In this document: piece after piece, positions 1 to 14,200 of the stretch | How the letters are laid out: each line of letters begins with the position of its first letter | Position numbering within the stretch: the first letter of the stretch is position 1 | From: Octopus vulgaris | Taxonomy: Eukaryota | Direction: 5' to 3' | Length of the DNA: 64,000 nt | Assembly: GCA_951406725.2 (NCBI GenBank) | Contig: OX597817.1 | Location: 108,128,001 to 108,192,000 of the forward strand | The notes under the pieces: model-generated | Told to the model about the DNA's origin: nothing | Databases searched by the model: none | Seen by the model: only the letters and a program-made list of their open reading frames with translations | Program-made: the position numbers and the translations under genes

Positions 1-24
1 ATTTAAGATATACCAGAGCGGTAT

Positions 25-260
25 GAAGGCGGCGAGCTGGCAGAATCGTTCGCACGTCGGGCGAAATGCTTAGCAGTATTTCGTCTGCCGTTACGTTCTG
101 AGTTCAAATTCCGCCGAGGTCGACTTTGCCTTTCATCCTTTTGGGGTCAATAAATTAAGTACCAGTTAAGCACTGGGGTTGATATAATCGACTTAATCCC
201 TTTGTCTGTCCTTGTTTGTCCTCTCTATGTTTAGTCACTTGTGGGTAGTAAAGAAATAGG
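25..260 (+). mobile_element. tRNA-derived SINE, family A (well-preserved copy)
   Basis: Head GGCGGCGAGCTGGCAGAA, B-box-like GAGTTCAAATT, core CTTTCATCCTTT.GGGGTC.ATAAA..AAGTACCAG. Other copies at about 11815, 12450, 28670, 46160 (+) and 35375, 59025 (-). Confidence 0.8.
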
Positions 261-1139
261 TATACTAGAGCCAAGGTACATTAAGTGTCATAACCAGTTC
301 AGTGTGAAATACCAGTTGACTGTAGGGAAAAGTATGCCTTCTAAAAATTCGCTTCCATTCCACCCTGACCAGACCAAAAGTAAATACATAAATTTTCATG
401 TGACAGAAAGCAAATAGAAGAAAATACTTGTTGCTGGGTGGTAGAGTGAGAAAGAAAGAAATATACTGTTCTGTTGCTAGGAAGAATTAAAGGAATATAA
501 AAAAACTGCCAGAGACACATTCTGTTTTGATAGGAAAATAAGAATTACAACTTTAAATCTACTGATTATGATGTTTATTTTCTCATTTTCTGAGGACAGA
601 TAGGGATTCCACTATTTGTTGTTTCTGTCATTGAGCTGTCATTAATAGATACTGGTATTGCTGTGTTACTGTTTAGCTGGTCAGGGTTTGGCATGGCTGG
701 CAATTATTGCACCATAGCTGGCACTGTAATTTTCTATCTGAAGTGAAGAGACAAAGGAATCCTGTGTGGAAAAAATTTAAACTTCAAACTGAGGAAAATA
801 GGGTCACTAAACCATAAAGATAACAAAAAAAAAATTAAATAAAAATAAAAAATAAAAAGAAAGAAACAACTGGTGTATACCATAGTGTTAGCAGTATGTT
901 ATATTTGCAGTAGGCTGAGTGACTTTATAGAGACGCCTGCCTTGCATTGTATAACATACAGTATATGTTGTTTCTGCTAATGTTGTTTTTATACTAATTT
1001 TCTGTGTAAATTAATATTTAAATATTTAATCACAATACCAACTAATGCATGATGTGCAAATTAGTCTAGCTATTTCTGATAAGTACCAGTTTGTGACTGA
1101 TTTAAATAGCAATTGATATGAAATTCTCTTCATATGTAA

Positions 1140-1385
1140 GGGGCACTGATTTTTTAACAAGTGATCACCCACCTATGGTTTCATAGGCAATCTCCTCAAT
1201 AAAAAAACTTTATCAACATTTGTTTACTTTACATAGGCATTACAAAATGTACAGTTCTATATTTAAGGCTCAAAATTTCCCCAAGACACCTGATGAAGGC
1301 TACAGGGTACATCAGCCAAAATGTTGTGTTAACAACAAACAAGAAGAGGACAAATATCCGTCAAATGTAAACAATGTAAATAATT
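1140..1385 (+). mobile_element. Penelope-like element terminal-repeat remnant with decayed minimal hammerhead motif
   Basis: GACAC-CTGATGA-A-GGCT..AGCC-aAAAt-GTT-GTGTT at 1285-1330; boundaries approximate. Confidence 0.6.
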
Positions 1386-1688
1386 ACAAAAGTAATCTAA
1401 CTACATTAAATTTATCTTAAAATTTCCTAATATTTATCTCCTCTCTTTCTCTTTCAATGTATCTGATAATTGCATTAGTACTCAGTTATAAAAAAATTCA
1501 GTGTTGAAGACCAAGTGCTGTGTTTTCATAAATGGGTTGATTTTTACCTTCTTACAATATGGTCACTGTTCTTTCTGCAAAGTAAATGTTCATTAAGCTT
1601 CATTAGAGAAGTTATCTCTAATTGCAGCTAAAAACATTTGCTTTGTGCTGAAACAACAGTAGCATGTTGTAAGAATATGAATAAACCC

Positions 1689-1730
<42 letters not shown>

Positions 1731-1801
1731 ATATATATATATATATATACATAGTTGTGAATATCCTAGTGAGCTAAGGTATATTTTGTTTATTTTTTCA
1801 G

Positions 1802-2044
1802 CTGAATGAACAATTTATGAAGAAGATACCTACGGGAGCAGAAGTGGCAAATATTTTGGTTGGTGAAATAGACAGTCTTAAATATCAAGTGACGGCTTTC
1901 ATCAGACTCCAGCATCCAAGATTAATGGACATGGCTGAAGTGCCGCTTCCAACTCGGTTTGTTTTTTTCTGTTTGGGACCACCTGGAAGTCATGGGAAGG
2001 TCTATGAAATTGGACGATCCATCTCAACTATAATGGTAGATGAG
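1802..2044 (+). CDS. SLC4 exon a (cytosolic N-terminal domain)
   Basis: ttttttcag|CTG..GAG|gtaaga; 243 nt; [22 protein letters not shown]...[13 protein letters not shown]. Confidence 0.95.
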
Positions 2045-5000
2045 GTAAGATCATCTTATTGACTGTAGTTATATTACATTTAATGCTAAAGTTGAACAAT
2101 ATCTGCCTGAAGCATTAGATCTTTTCGCTTCTCATGGTAAACTAACTATTATGTGTTATTTTTGATTGTTATTTTTATTCACAAATTCATTATGGATTAA
2201 CGTTTGGCAGAAACTTGCATAATCTCTTATCTTTCTTTTACTTGCTTCAGTCTTTATAGACTGTGGCCATGCTGGGGCACTACTTTGAAGAAATTTTTTT
2301 TTTTTAGTTGAATTAATCAACTCCAGTACTTAATTTCTTAAAGCCTGGTACTTATTCTATCAGTCACTTTTGCTGAACTGCTAAATTACAGGGATGTAAA
2401 CACACCAACATTGGTTGTCAAGCAATGGTAGGGAACAAATACAGATGTAAAAATATACAGCTACTAGGGAGTACCCGAAAGTAACCAGAAGCATTCTCTG
2501 GGGAGAAGCTCGTTGTAGTTCAGGCTTCCACTGCTAGAAGCCACTTGATGCAACCCTTGGGCATCAGTTCACCGACTAGTGTTGTCGAATGGGGTCATAC
2601 TGCCACATTGTGTGTCTTTGTTTTGCAGTGCTTCTCCCTAGTAGTAAATTTTTATGATGGGTGAAATAAGTGAACAGCATGCTTTTGTGAAATTCTGTTT
2701 TCTGTTGGGTAAAACGGCATCTGAAACAGATGTCATGCTTCAACCAGCTTAGAAAGCTGCTGCCATGAGCAAAACACAAGTTTAAGAGTGGTTGTCACGT
2801 TTTAGGACCAACTTTGTTCAGGGCGACATTGACTTCCTGCTCCAATAAAAATATGAAAATTCATGAACTGATCTTGGAGGACCATCACTGAACAAGTGAT
2901 GAACTTGTTGATATGACTGGTGTGTTCTGGAGCTCCTGCCAACGAATTTTGAGCAAGGAATTGTGAATGAAAAGAGTTGCAGCAAAATTTGTGCCTCACT
3001 TGGTTACAGAAGATCAAAAGCAGTCACGACTGAATGCATGTTGTGAGCTGAAAGAACAGTTGGAAGTTGATCTGAGCCATTTTTCGAAGGTCATCACTGG
3101 TGATGAAAGCTGGTGCTACAGATTTTACAGATGTGGAAGAGGTGAAGAAAAAAATGATGGAGACGTTAAAAGGCATCACTTAGCAAAGAGTTCCACCATT
3201 GCTTCCACTAGTGTAAAAGGTGTCTGGACCAATGCATTGCTTCAAATGGAGAATACTTTGAAGGCAATAAAAGTGTAAACATGTAAAACCAAATGAATGA
3301 AATAACAATGCAAAATTCCAGTTTCTTTTGGGTACCCCTCATATGATAGGCTTCTATCAAATCTACTCTCAAGGCTTTGGTCAGTCAAGGCTATCGTAGA
3401 AGACATTTGCCCAAAGTGCCATGCCTGTGCCTTAAGTATTAAGTTTTTAAAGACATCCTTCTGTGTTCACATGACAGTCTCCTTCTTGAGCATATAATCT
3501 TGAAATCATCCAAGTTTCTCTGGTGTTTAAGTGACTGCATGTACAAGATTCACCACTGAATGAGATGCTAGTTTGTCACAAAGGTTAACGCCATCTCCTC
3601 TAGCAGCTGCTTGTACTGGCTTTCAGCTGGGTGGATTGAAGTAACATGAAGTGAAGTGTTTTGCTCAAGATCACATCATGCCTCCCAGTTCAAAAATCAA
3701 GCCCACAACATAATAATCATAATAACAACTAAAAGGACACACACCTTCACACATTGCAATCTAGTACAACCTACAAAAATACAATCACTTCTCATATCAA
3801 AGAAGCAATCTCTGTCTCACCTTCACTAGCCTTGATCAATTTTCAATTAAAATCAAAACTAATTAGTTTGCTACTGCCTTCAGCATATGTGGCTGTGTAG
3901 TAAGAAGCTTGCTTCACAACCACATGGTTCTGAGTGCACTCCCACTGCATGACACCCTGGGCAAGTGTCTTCTACCACAGCCTACCAAAGCCTTGTGAGT
4001 GGATCTGGTAAATGAAAACTAAAAAAGCCCATTATATTTATATATTTGTGTGTGTGTGTATGTGTACCTTTGTATCTTTGTTTGTCCTCCATCACTGCTT
4101 GACAACTGGTGTTGGTGTGCTTACATCCCCTGTAACTTAGTGGTCCAGCAAAAGAGATCTATAGAATAAGTACCAAGGTTAAAAAAAAAATAAGTACTGG
4201 AGCTGATTCATTTCATTAAAAATCCTTTGAGTTGGTGCCCCAACATGGCTTCAGTCTAGTGACTGCAACAAGTAAAAGATTAAGATGAAAGATACTAACA
4301 TCTCATTCTCTCATCATCTCTACTGGCAATCACCTACCAGTCCACATACTAACCACTTTACCCTATCCTTCCTCCACCCAATCCTTATGGAATTCCCTCT
4401 CCAGCCACTTATTTCCAGTAGACATTAGCTTATAGAAGTTGAAGCAAAAAAATCAACTGTATCATTCTCCCCAGTCTCAGAAGACTTTGGAAGGTCATGG
4501 TCACTGGCCCCTTTCTCCCAACTAAAGTCATAAAAAAGTAGTATGCCAGCTTCTCAATAAAAGTCATACAACATCTCAAGAACTGCTGCAGTAGCCAAGA
4601 TCATACAAGAAAAAAATCCTCTAAAATCCCCAAAAATTTCAAGGAAGGGTGAAGTGTTGGCCTCATGATAAAAAAAGACATTTGCTTATGTCACTCTAAA
4701 ACACATGCCACTGCATGCGCTATGATCACAGGACAGGTTTTTAACATGATCACCAACATTAATACTGTGAAGCTGTTTTGCCACACCAATCACGAGGACC
4801 GTGCCATGTGGGACATGCACGTAAGTACGATGGCCTTTGGCAAGCTCTCCACTGGGTTCCGCTTTGCACTGGTGACACTGGCAGGGCTTTTGCTGGTGCT
4901 TTTGATTGGTGCCATGATCCTACTGTAGCAATGGGGGAGCTGGCAGCACTGGTGATATTGCCACAGCTAGAGTGATTTTGGTCCGTATTGCACAGATGAC

Positions 5001-8000
5001 CAGAGGAGTCAGCATCACATTGCTCAGTATCTATTACCATATCGGAGGTGTGACTTTGTGGTAAGACATTTGCTTCTCAACCTCAAAGTTATGGATTCAG
5101 TCCTACTACATGGCACCCTGGACCAATGTCATCTAATATAGCCCCTGGCCAACCAAAGCTTTATGAGTGGATCTGGTTGACAAAAACTAAAATAAGCCTG
5201 TTGTATATGTGTATACATCTATGTTTGTGTGTCTTTGTGATTGTGTTCGTCTCATATTACTGCTTGATAACCAGTGTTGATTTGCTTATACACCCATTAA
5301 TTAGCACTTCAGCAATAAGAACCTAACATAATAAGTAACAGGCTTAAAAAAAGAGTAAATAGTAAACCTTACAAGGCAGTGCCTCAACATGGCCATGGCC
5401 CAATGACTGAAACAAGTAAATGCAAAAAATGATAAAAAAAAAAAAAAAAAGAGCAGGCAAAATGCTGCATCCAGCCCAGACACAGAATGTTTTCAATTTC
5501 ATTTAAGTCATGATAACATTTCAGGGATACTAAAACAGTATCATTAACATTATAATACATAGATTTATCAAATGAATTCCAGATGTTCAAATGATATTAT
5601 GCCACATTTGTAAGTAGTACAGAGAATGAGAAATAAATGTAAGTATTAATAGATGTGTATTTAATATAATATACTGAATGTTCACCATTTAGGAAAGGGA
5701 GAGGTAGTATCTGACAGGAAATCAGGTAAAGAAAATACAGGATAGTGTGTTGAACAAACCTAAAGTTGATACAGAACTTAAGTATTCTACCTCAAAGTTT
5801 ATAGCAGAAATATGAAATCCTACTGAATGACAGATAGTAAATGAGTCATTCAGTAAGATTTCAGTAAAAGAGATGGAATGTGTAATTGAGACATGGTCCC
5901 CAGATGAACTAAGGGTGGAGTGGAGCAATAATTCTGAATAAGAACAACTTGGACTGTGACAATTCATCCTACTCATGCCAGCATTGGAAACTGGCATAAA
6001 ATGATTATGATGATGACAATGATGGTGACGGCGACGATGTTTTTGCTGTTGTTGTTATTATTGCTTATTCTCATCCAGCCATTGATTCATCCATCTGTCC
6101 ATTCAGGTCGGGTGACTTGCCCGAATCAGTGTAACACTTTCATGCCAGACATCCCGATCAAGTGTTGAGACATGAATGTCTGGCCTGAGTTTTAGTCCCA
6201 TTGGTCTTTCCCTAGCTGAAATACCTCATCTGTCTGTGCAGCCTATGACTACAGATGATAACAGTAGTTCACTAAGTGAACTGATTGTTGACAGTTTGTT
6301 ATTTGTTCATTTGCACAGTGTCTAGTGATATTTGTATTGGAGCATTAAGTTGATCTGCTAAAATAGTTTGTAGGAGTGACTGTGTGTATAGTAGCTTGCT
6401 TACCAACCACATGGTTCCGGGTTCGATTCCACTGCATGGCACCTTGGACAAGTGTCTTCTACTATAGCCTCGGGCCGACCAAAGCCTTGTGAGTAAATTT
6501 GAGAGAAGGAAACTGAAAGGAGCCCGGCGTATATATGTATATATATGTGTGTGTGTGTGTGTATGTTTGTGTGTCTGGGTTTGTCCCCCCAACACCACTT
6601 GACAACCGATGCTGGTGTGTTTACATCCCCATAACTTAGCGGTTCAGCAAAAGAGACCGATAGAATAAGTACTAGGCTTACAAAAGAATAAGTCCTGGGG
6701 TCAATTTGCTCGACTACAGGCAGTGCTCCAGCATGGCCACAGTCAAATGACTGAAACAAGAGAGAGAGAGTAAAAGAGTATCCACCATACTGCACCCTAT
6801 GATTTCAATGTAACCTAGCTCGATTAGTTGCATGCTATTTTAACACAAAGCTCGGATCCTAACAAGTGCTGTTACTCTAAGTCAAAGTTGACCTGGGAAC
6901 AATAATGGCTAAGAGGTGGTTCCACACTCTTCAAAACTGTGGGATACTCATCGGAGTCCCACATCCCAATGCAGTTTAAAGTCATACACAGAGCATTTAA
7001 TCTGAAGTCAATCTAACTGAGCAAGGCTATGATCAAGGGTACTCAGCTTATAACTATCCCATCATTTTAAGAGTTATTCAAGACTACATTCGTTGATGTG
7101 TTCTACACTGCCCCTTTCTAGGGAGTAAGATGTGATTTAAGGTAGATTTGGCTGCTATTTCTTGCAAACAGAGTGACTTCATAGATATTTTTCTTTAGCT
7201 CTCTTTGCATATGAGTGGCAGTAAATGACTTAGCTTTGATTGATTTTGGCTGATCTGGATCTACCTGCACTCTGAGTTCAAATCTTGGTGAGGTCAACCT
7301 TGCCTTTTATCCTTTTTTTATGGTCAAAAATAAAAAAAAAACAAGTTCTAATCAAGGTAGTGGTTTGCCGAGACTGTCAAAACATCAGAAAGGATTGGAT
7401 GCCTTGGGGAATTTGTTCCAGTTTTTGGTATTCCAAGTTCACACCCTGCATTGGCTTACTTGTATGTTACACTTAATTTGTCATTCACTTTAACACCACT
7501 ACCTGACACTTTGGACACCTTTAGTGGAGTCCACTCTATTGCAAGTATTCTTAGAGTGTCAGTCCAGATGCCTTGCAGTATTTATTCCAGTTCTTTATGC
7601 TTCGAGTCCAAATTCTCTCAAGGTCAACTTTGCTTTCATTCTTCCAGGTATGATAAAATAAAGAAGTATTGATATGTTTTTCTTCTGGCATTTTGTAGAA
7701 GTCAGAACATGTATCACCACCCCTGTGATGATCTTGTTTCCTGACACAGTAACAGAAGCAAGAAAAACGAGTCAATGAAGTCAACTTTTAAGAAATAGCA
7801 ACTAAATCTCCCTCAAATCACACTTTACCATCTTTAGAATAAAGAGTGTATTGGGTAATGTAGTTGGTGAAAAATTACATCTGAAGAGACAGGGAGTGAG
7901 ACATAAGTAAAATGTTAATGTTTATAGTCTTGCTTGATCAGGAATGACTTAAAACTAAACAATAATAATGTAAAAGGGTAAAGAGCCCCTTCAGTCATGA

Positions 8001-11000
8001 GGTGCAAGTCCAAGCAAGATTGTTTATGGAAGACCAGCAGTCATCCATGGATACCAGTTTCTACTCTCCATGCCACAACATTATCCAAGGGAAAGACAAA
8101 AGTCAAAGCAGCTTAGCATCAGTAATGTTGCAACTCATTTCTATGGATGACTGGAGCAACGTGAAAGAAAGTGTCTTGCTCTAGAACACAACACACAGCC
8201 TGGTCCGAGAATCGAACTCACTGCCTCATGATAGTGACCCCGGATGCTCTAACCACTGAGCCATAATTTTCATTATAATTACATCACTTGATGTTTCTGA
8301 TTGCAGCAATAACAGTAAGTAAATAAATATGTATTTCCTTTCTGCAAAGAATTTTTATATCTTAACATTTGTTTTTTTAATATATTTCAGGTTTTTGGAG
8401 AGGTTGCTTACAAAGCCAGAGGAAGGCAAGATCTATTAGCTGGCATTGATGAATTTTTAGATCAAGTCACTGTTCTGCCGCCTGGTGAGTGGGACCCTAA
8501 TATTCGTATAGAACCACCTGCTGTTGTGCCACCACAGGTAAATCTAAACTCATGAAGTGTTTTAATAATCCATCAAGCTTTAATTTTCTAAACTAAAAGT
8601 AACTGCTATTCTTCATATTGCTGTGCCATTTCTCTCCATAAAAAATTAAAAAAACATTAAAATAATTAAGGTGCCAGAACATGGTATAAGTTGGCTGAAT
8701 GGTTAAAATGTTCTCTTCTCTATAACATTGTCTCAAATGCAATCCACAACAAAGAAGGCATTATGGACATAGGGTTTTCTAACATACATGTCTTTGTGTT
8801 AACCAATTCCATGTGTATGAAATTCAGTTGACAGAAACTGTACAGAAACCAATCAGGTGTGTGTTTGTGGGTGTGTCCGTGTGCATGTTGGTATGACTTT
8901 CACGGACTTTCTAAGAGTGTTTTACTGCTGGATGCCTTTCTTGTTGCTAACCTTTTGGCTGACTTATGATGCACAGAGAGGCAGTGTGCCTATTCTTAAA
9001 ACTGGGCTATGTACATGCGTGTGTGTGCATATACATGCATGACTTTGTATGTGTGTGTATTCATGTGTACTGATATTGTGCAATGCATGCACACACACTT
9101 GCTTACTTACACACACACACACACACAATAAAAAAAAAACATTTTGTAGTATTTCAATCCACATCACTTGCCTTCTCCTTATGCCCAGTTGACATTTTTA
9201 CATCTTTTTCCAATGTTGATGAAATAAGTACCAGAAAAAGAACTGGAGTCAACAAAGTCAACTTAAAGCCCCAAACCTCTTAATGGTGGTAGTATACCCA
9301 ACATGACCACAATCCAGTGTTGAAAACCAGTGACAAAAAAGAAAAGAGTCAAGAAATAACAAATAGCATGCATTTTCTGCCACTAGGGAATCTGAAATCA
9401 TTAGGGATGTTATAACCCAGGAAGTTTTTATTTACCTAAACTAAAAGCAACTGTCATTAGTTTTATTACTTTTAGGGTGTGGACTAATAGAATTTTTAGA
9501 GGCTAGAAGAAATGTCTTATGGTATTTGTCCCAGTACTTTATGTTATGAGTTTGAGTCCCACCAAGGTCAACATCATCTTTCATTGTTTTCAGAGTTAAG
9601 AAAATAAGTACCATCTCAGCTCTGGGATCACTGTAACTGACATTCCCCCTCCACTCAAATTTGTTGGATTTGTGCCTGCATTGGACAAAATGCTTAGTGG
9701 CATTTCTTCTAGTTTTTTAAATCCTGTGCTTGAATCCTACTGAGGCTGACTTTGCCTTTCATCCTATTGGAGGTCAATAAAATAAGTATTAATCAAGTAT
9801 TGGGGTTGATATAATCAGTTTCTCCATTCACTCAAAACTGCTACCAAGGTCGACTTTGCTTCTCATCCTTTCAGGGTCCACAAATTAGGTACCAGTGAAA
9901 CACTGGAATCAATGTAATCAACTAGTTCCCTCCCACAAAATTTCAGGCCTTGTGCCTTTAGTAGAAAGGATTATTAAGGCAGTAACCTGGCAGATTAATT
10001 AGCATGTTAGATAAAATGCCTTGCAGTATTTCCTCTGGCTCTTTTCATTCTGAGTAACAATTTTGCTGAGGCCAGCTTTGACTTGCATACTTTCAGCATT
10101 AATAAAATGAAGTACCAACAAGGTATTGAGTGGGGATTTCATTAACCCATTAAGTCCCACTGTCCTATAAATAGGACACTAAATGAGAACATTAAATAAG
10201 CTATATCACATTGTCTCAGTGTCCTCTTTATAGGACACTGAGTATTTGCATTTCTACTTGAAGTAAAGGAGTTTTGATAATTATTTTTTTCATTTTAACC
10301 TATTTTCAATCATCTGTAAAAATTTAAAAGTAATATTCGGAAATTTAAGTACTCTGGGACTTAATGGGTTAAGTAACCCTCTACCCAACATATTTCAGAT
10401 CTTGTATCCATTGTAGAAACAATGTTTCTATTATTGTTAGTATTATTATTCACTGGTGTGGCTGTGTGGTAAGAAGCTTACTTCCCTACCACATGGTTCT
10501 GAGTTCAGTCCCACTGTGTGGCACCTTGGATAAGTGTCTTCTATTATAGTTTTGGAGTGACCAAAGCCTTGTGAGTGGATCTGGAAGGCAGAAACTGAAA
10601 GAAGTCCTTCATGTATATATATATATATATATATAAAATATGTGTGTGTGTTTGTATCTGTGTTTGATCCCACACCATCGTTTGGCAACCGATGTTGGTG
10701 TGTTTATATCCCCACAGTTTGGCAAAGGAGACTGATAGAATAAGTACTAGGCTTATTTCTTCAACTAAAACCCATCAAGGCAATGCTCCCACATGGCTGC
10801 AGTCAAATGACTGAAACCAGTAAAAAAAGTAAAAGAATAATATAGATGAACCATTTCCCTCCATTTTCAGAGCTGAAATATCTTATTTTTAAACTGAAAT
10901 AACAAGTAATAGAGTATTTTATAAAACTTTTGTTAGTAGAAAAGCTGGTTCTTGTGCACTTCACTGTTGCTCTTTTCACAAAGGAGAAAGGAAGAAAATG

Positions 11001-11190
11001 ATTCTTGAGTATTTGTAATTGAGCAAAGTTTAGGAGTGGCATAGACAGATCAACAATGATGATGTGGTGGGTGGTTTGTTGTAAAGGACCAGCCATACCA
11101 CTAGTGTTAGCTGTAGTGTTATTGTCATAGTAACAACAATGGCAACAACACTTTCTACTACTGCTGTCACTGCTGCTGTTGTTGTTGCTG

Positions 11191-11244
<54 letters not shown>

Positions 11245-14200
11245 ACAATTCCTAACTGCAATGAACAACAACATTCAAAACAATAAGGAGAATAACTTTC
11301 ACTAAGGTTGCTGGGGATTGGGATAGATTTCATCTGGTCTTGGTCATCTATGGAAGAGGAGGAAGAGATCCTGATGAAGAAATTGTACATCAGGATAATG
11401 CAGAAATATTTGAGACCATTTTATAACATTTTGGAAAGGAAACTATGGCAAAAGGCTTATACACTTATTGACTTCTTACAGAGATAACTATGTAAGAAGG
11501 CAACGTGTATATATAAGCCTTTTCTTATGTGATATTGAAAAAAAAAAAAACAATCTGGTACAACAGGAAAATCAGGGAAGGGTTAATATTGAAAAACACT
11601 ATTGAAAAGAAAAGCAGACTCAAGAAGAAATGTTACTATTATGTGAAAAGTTTTGATTTATTTTCTCATCTACTAAGTTGGTCACAAGTGTCAGAGTAGC
11701 ATTTAAGTATATATTATCCTTGTTAAGTGCTGTTAATTATATATCCATGGATTTTTAAGTGTTATCAATAATGTGTTTGCAGGTGTTTAAGAGTTGTTAA
11801 TTATACATCCACAGAAGGTGCCAAGCTAGCAGAGCCGTCAGTATGGCAATCGAAATGCTTAACAGCATTTCTTCAGGTTTTACATTCTGAGTTCAAATTC
11901 TGCCAAGATTAGCTTTAATTTTCATCATTCTGGGAGTTGATAAATGAGTGCCAGTTGAGCACTGGGGTTGATGTTATTGACTAGCCCTTCTTCCAAAATT
12001 TCCGACTTTGTGCCTGTAGTAGAAAAGAGTTATATACTTATGGTGCAGGCATGGCTGTGTGGTAAGAAGTTGGCTTCCTGACCACTTGATTTTGGGTTCA
12101 GTCCCACTGTGTGGCACCTTGGGCAAATGTCTTCTACTATAGTCTCAAGCCGAATAAAGCCTTGTGAGTGGATCTGATAGACAGGAAGAATCCTGTCGTA
12201 TTTATAGATATATGTATATCTATGTGTGTTTGTGTTTTAGCGTCTGTATTTTTCCCCCTGCCCCAACACTGTTTGACAACTGTGCTGGTGTGCTTATATC
12301 CCTGTAACCTAGTGGTTCAGCAAAAGAAACCTACAGAATAAGTACTAGTTTAAAAAGAAAATAAGTACTGGGTTAACTAGTTTGACTGAAATTCAAGGCA
12401 GTGCTCCAGCATGGCCACAGTCTAATGACTGAAGCAAGTAAAAGGTATGGAAGGTAGCAAGCTAGCAGAATCTATAGCATGTTGGACACAATACTTAGAA
12501 GCTTTTCTTCCAGCTCTGTGTTGTGAATTTAAATTCTGCTGAGATCGACTTCGCATTTCATCCTTTCAGGGTCGATAAAATAAGTACCACTTGATCTCTG
12601 GGGGCAATATGATTGGCTAACTCTTACCCCAAAATTTATGGTCATATGTTTACAGTAGAAAGAATTATATATCCATGGATAAAGACAGTGGAGTTAATTC
12701 TGAGAGAGAGATTTAGCTACCATTTCTAACAGGTCAAGTGACCATATAGAGACTCACTTGAACGGGTGAGTTATTTCGAGTTTTTGTTATTATGAAAGAA
12801 ATCATTTTTGTTGAATATCTATTATGTTCAGTTCTGTAATTTTCAACCATATTTAATGTTTTATTGTAATTAATATGCTTTTATCTTTAATTCTGTCTAT
12901 GAAAGGGAAACCGCAAGTCAGTTAAACCTACTTCAGTTTGTCCAAAACAGGATGAAGACGAGGAGCTTTCCCATTGTGATCCAACTTTAGTTAGAACTGG
13001 AAGGTAGGAAATAAATTTTTAGAATTTTTCTGCCAGGTTAAGTTTGTCTTTAAAAAAGAATCCTGAGTGTGTGGCTAAGAAGTTTGCTTCTCAGCCACTT
13101 GGTTTTAGGTTCAGTCCCACTACAGGGCAATCATCTTTTACCATAAGCCTGGGTTGGCCAAAGCCTTGTAAGTGGATTTAGTAGATGGAAACTGAAAGAC
13201 GTTCATCATATGTGTGTGTGTGTATATATATATATTTGTCTTATGAAGAAAGGCTGAAGATGCTCGACCTTTATTCTCTCAAAAAACGACGACGCCATGG
13301 TGATCTCATTCTCGCTCACATCATAAGCGGAAAGTGTAACCTCTCGAAAGAGCTGTTCTTCACTCCTGCTCCAGAGTGTGGGCTGTGGGGTCACTCTGAA
13401 AAGCTCTATCTATGAGGATTTCATCTCAATCAAAGGAAAGGGGCTTTCTCTGTCCGGGTTGCGGATCCATGGAATAAGCTGCCGGATGAGATAGTGAGGA
13501 TGCCAACGACTGCTCGGTTCAAATTTTCTATTGACCAGAAATGGCCTAAACTCTTTGTATGACCACCCTCCCTGTACATAACTCCCTGTCCCCCTACATG
13601 GCCTTGCTTTTGCTTTTTGATCCAATAAAAATTGAATTGAATTGAATATATATATATGAGGTCTGATTATATATATGAGGTCTGCCATAGTAACAAAGCT
13701 AAAGCATGCAAAGTGAAGCTGCTCGGCACAGATTGACTTTGAACTCTGCTGTGCATACGCACTAAGTTTCAATGTTCTAACTCACTTCCACTATTTAGAG
13801 CAGTGCTTAGAAGAAAGGTGTGTAGCATGTGATTGTCACATTGACTATGACAGAGAAAGTTGTCATGGCAATACCTGCTCAGAGGCCTAGTTAAAGTTGC
13901 AGAAAGTTTATGGAGAGGAGTTTATGAGCCACACACAAGTATACAAGTGGTTCAGAAGTTTCCAAGATAGCTGAACAAATGTTGATATTGACAAACGTTC
14001 TGGGGGCCCCGCAACCAGCAGAACTGAGAAAAAACATTACAGATGTGCGTGCAGCTGTGAGGGGAAATTGTCAAATCACCATCCATGAGTTATTAGAGGA
14101 TGTGCAGATTAGTTACAGTTCAGTTCAGTCCATTATCTCTGAAGATTTGGGTATGAGACGCATGACTGCCAAGTTTGTGCCAAAACTGCTTTCAGCTGAC

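Noticed and set aside
4665-5040. GC-richer patch with overlapping ORFs
   Set aside because: No recognisable motifs, and not needed for the SLC4 frame since exons a and b join directly; probably an old TE fragment.
6100-6195. Two small hairpins (TCGGG/CCCGA; GCCAGACAT/ATGTCTGGC)
   Set aside because: No recognisable RNA family; short stems could be chance.
6400-6795. Recurring ORFs such as [26 protein letters not shown]
   Set aside because: Antisense translations of the family-B SINE, not a gene family.
8190-8264. Possible tRNA gene (A and B boxes)
   Set aside because: Runs into a SINE body and no acceptor stem was found; SINE head.
10803-11390. 195-aa poly-Ser ORF
   Set aside because: Produced by a (CTA)n microsatellite; no domain or splice support.
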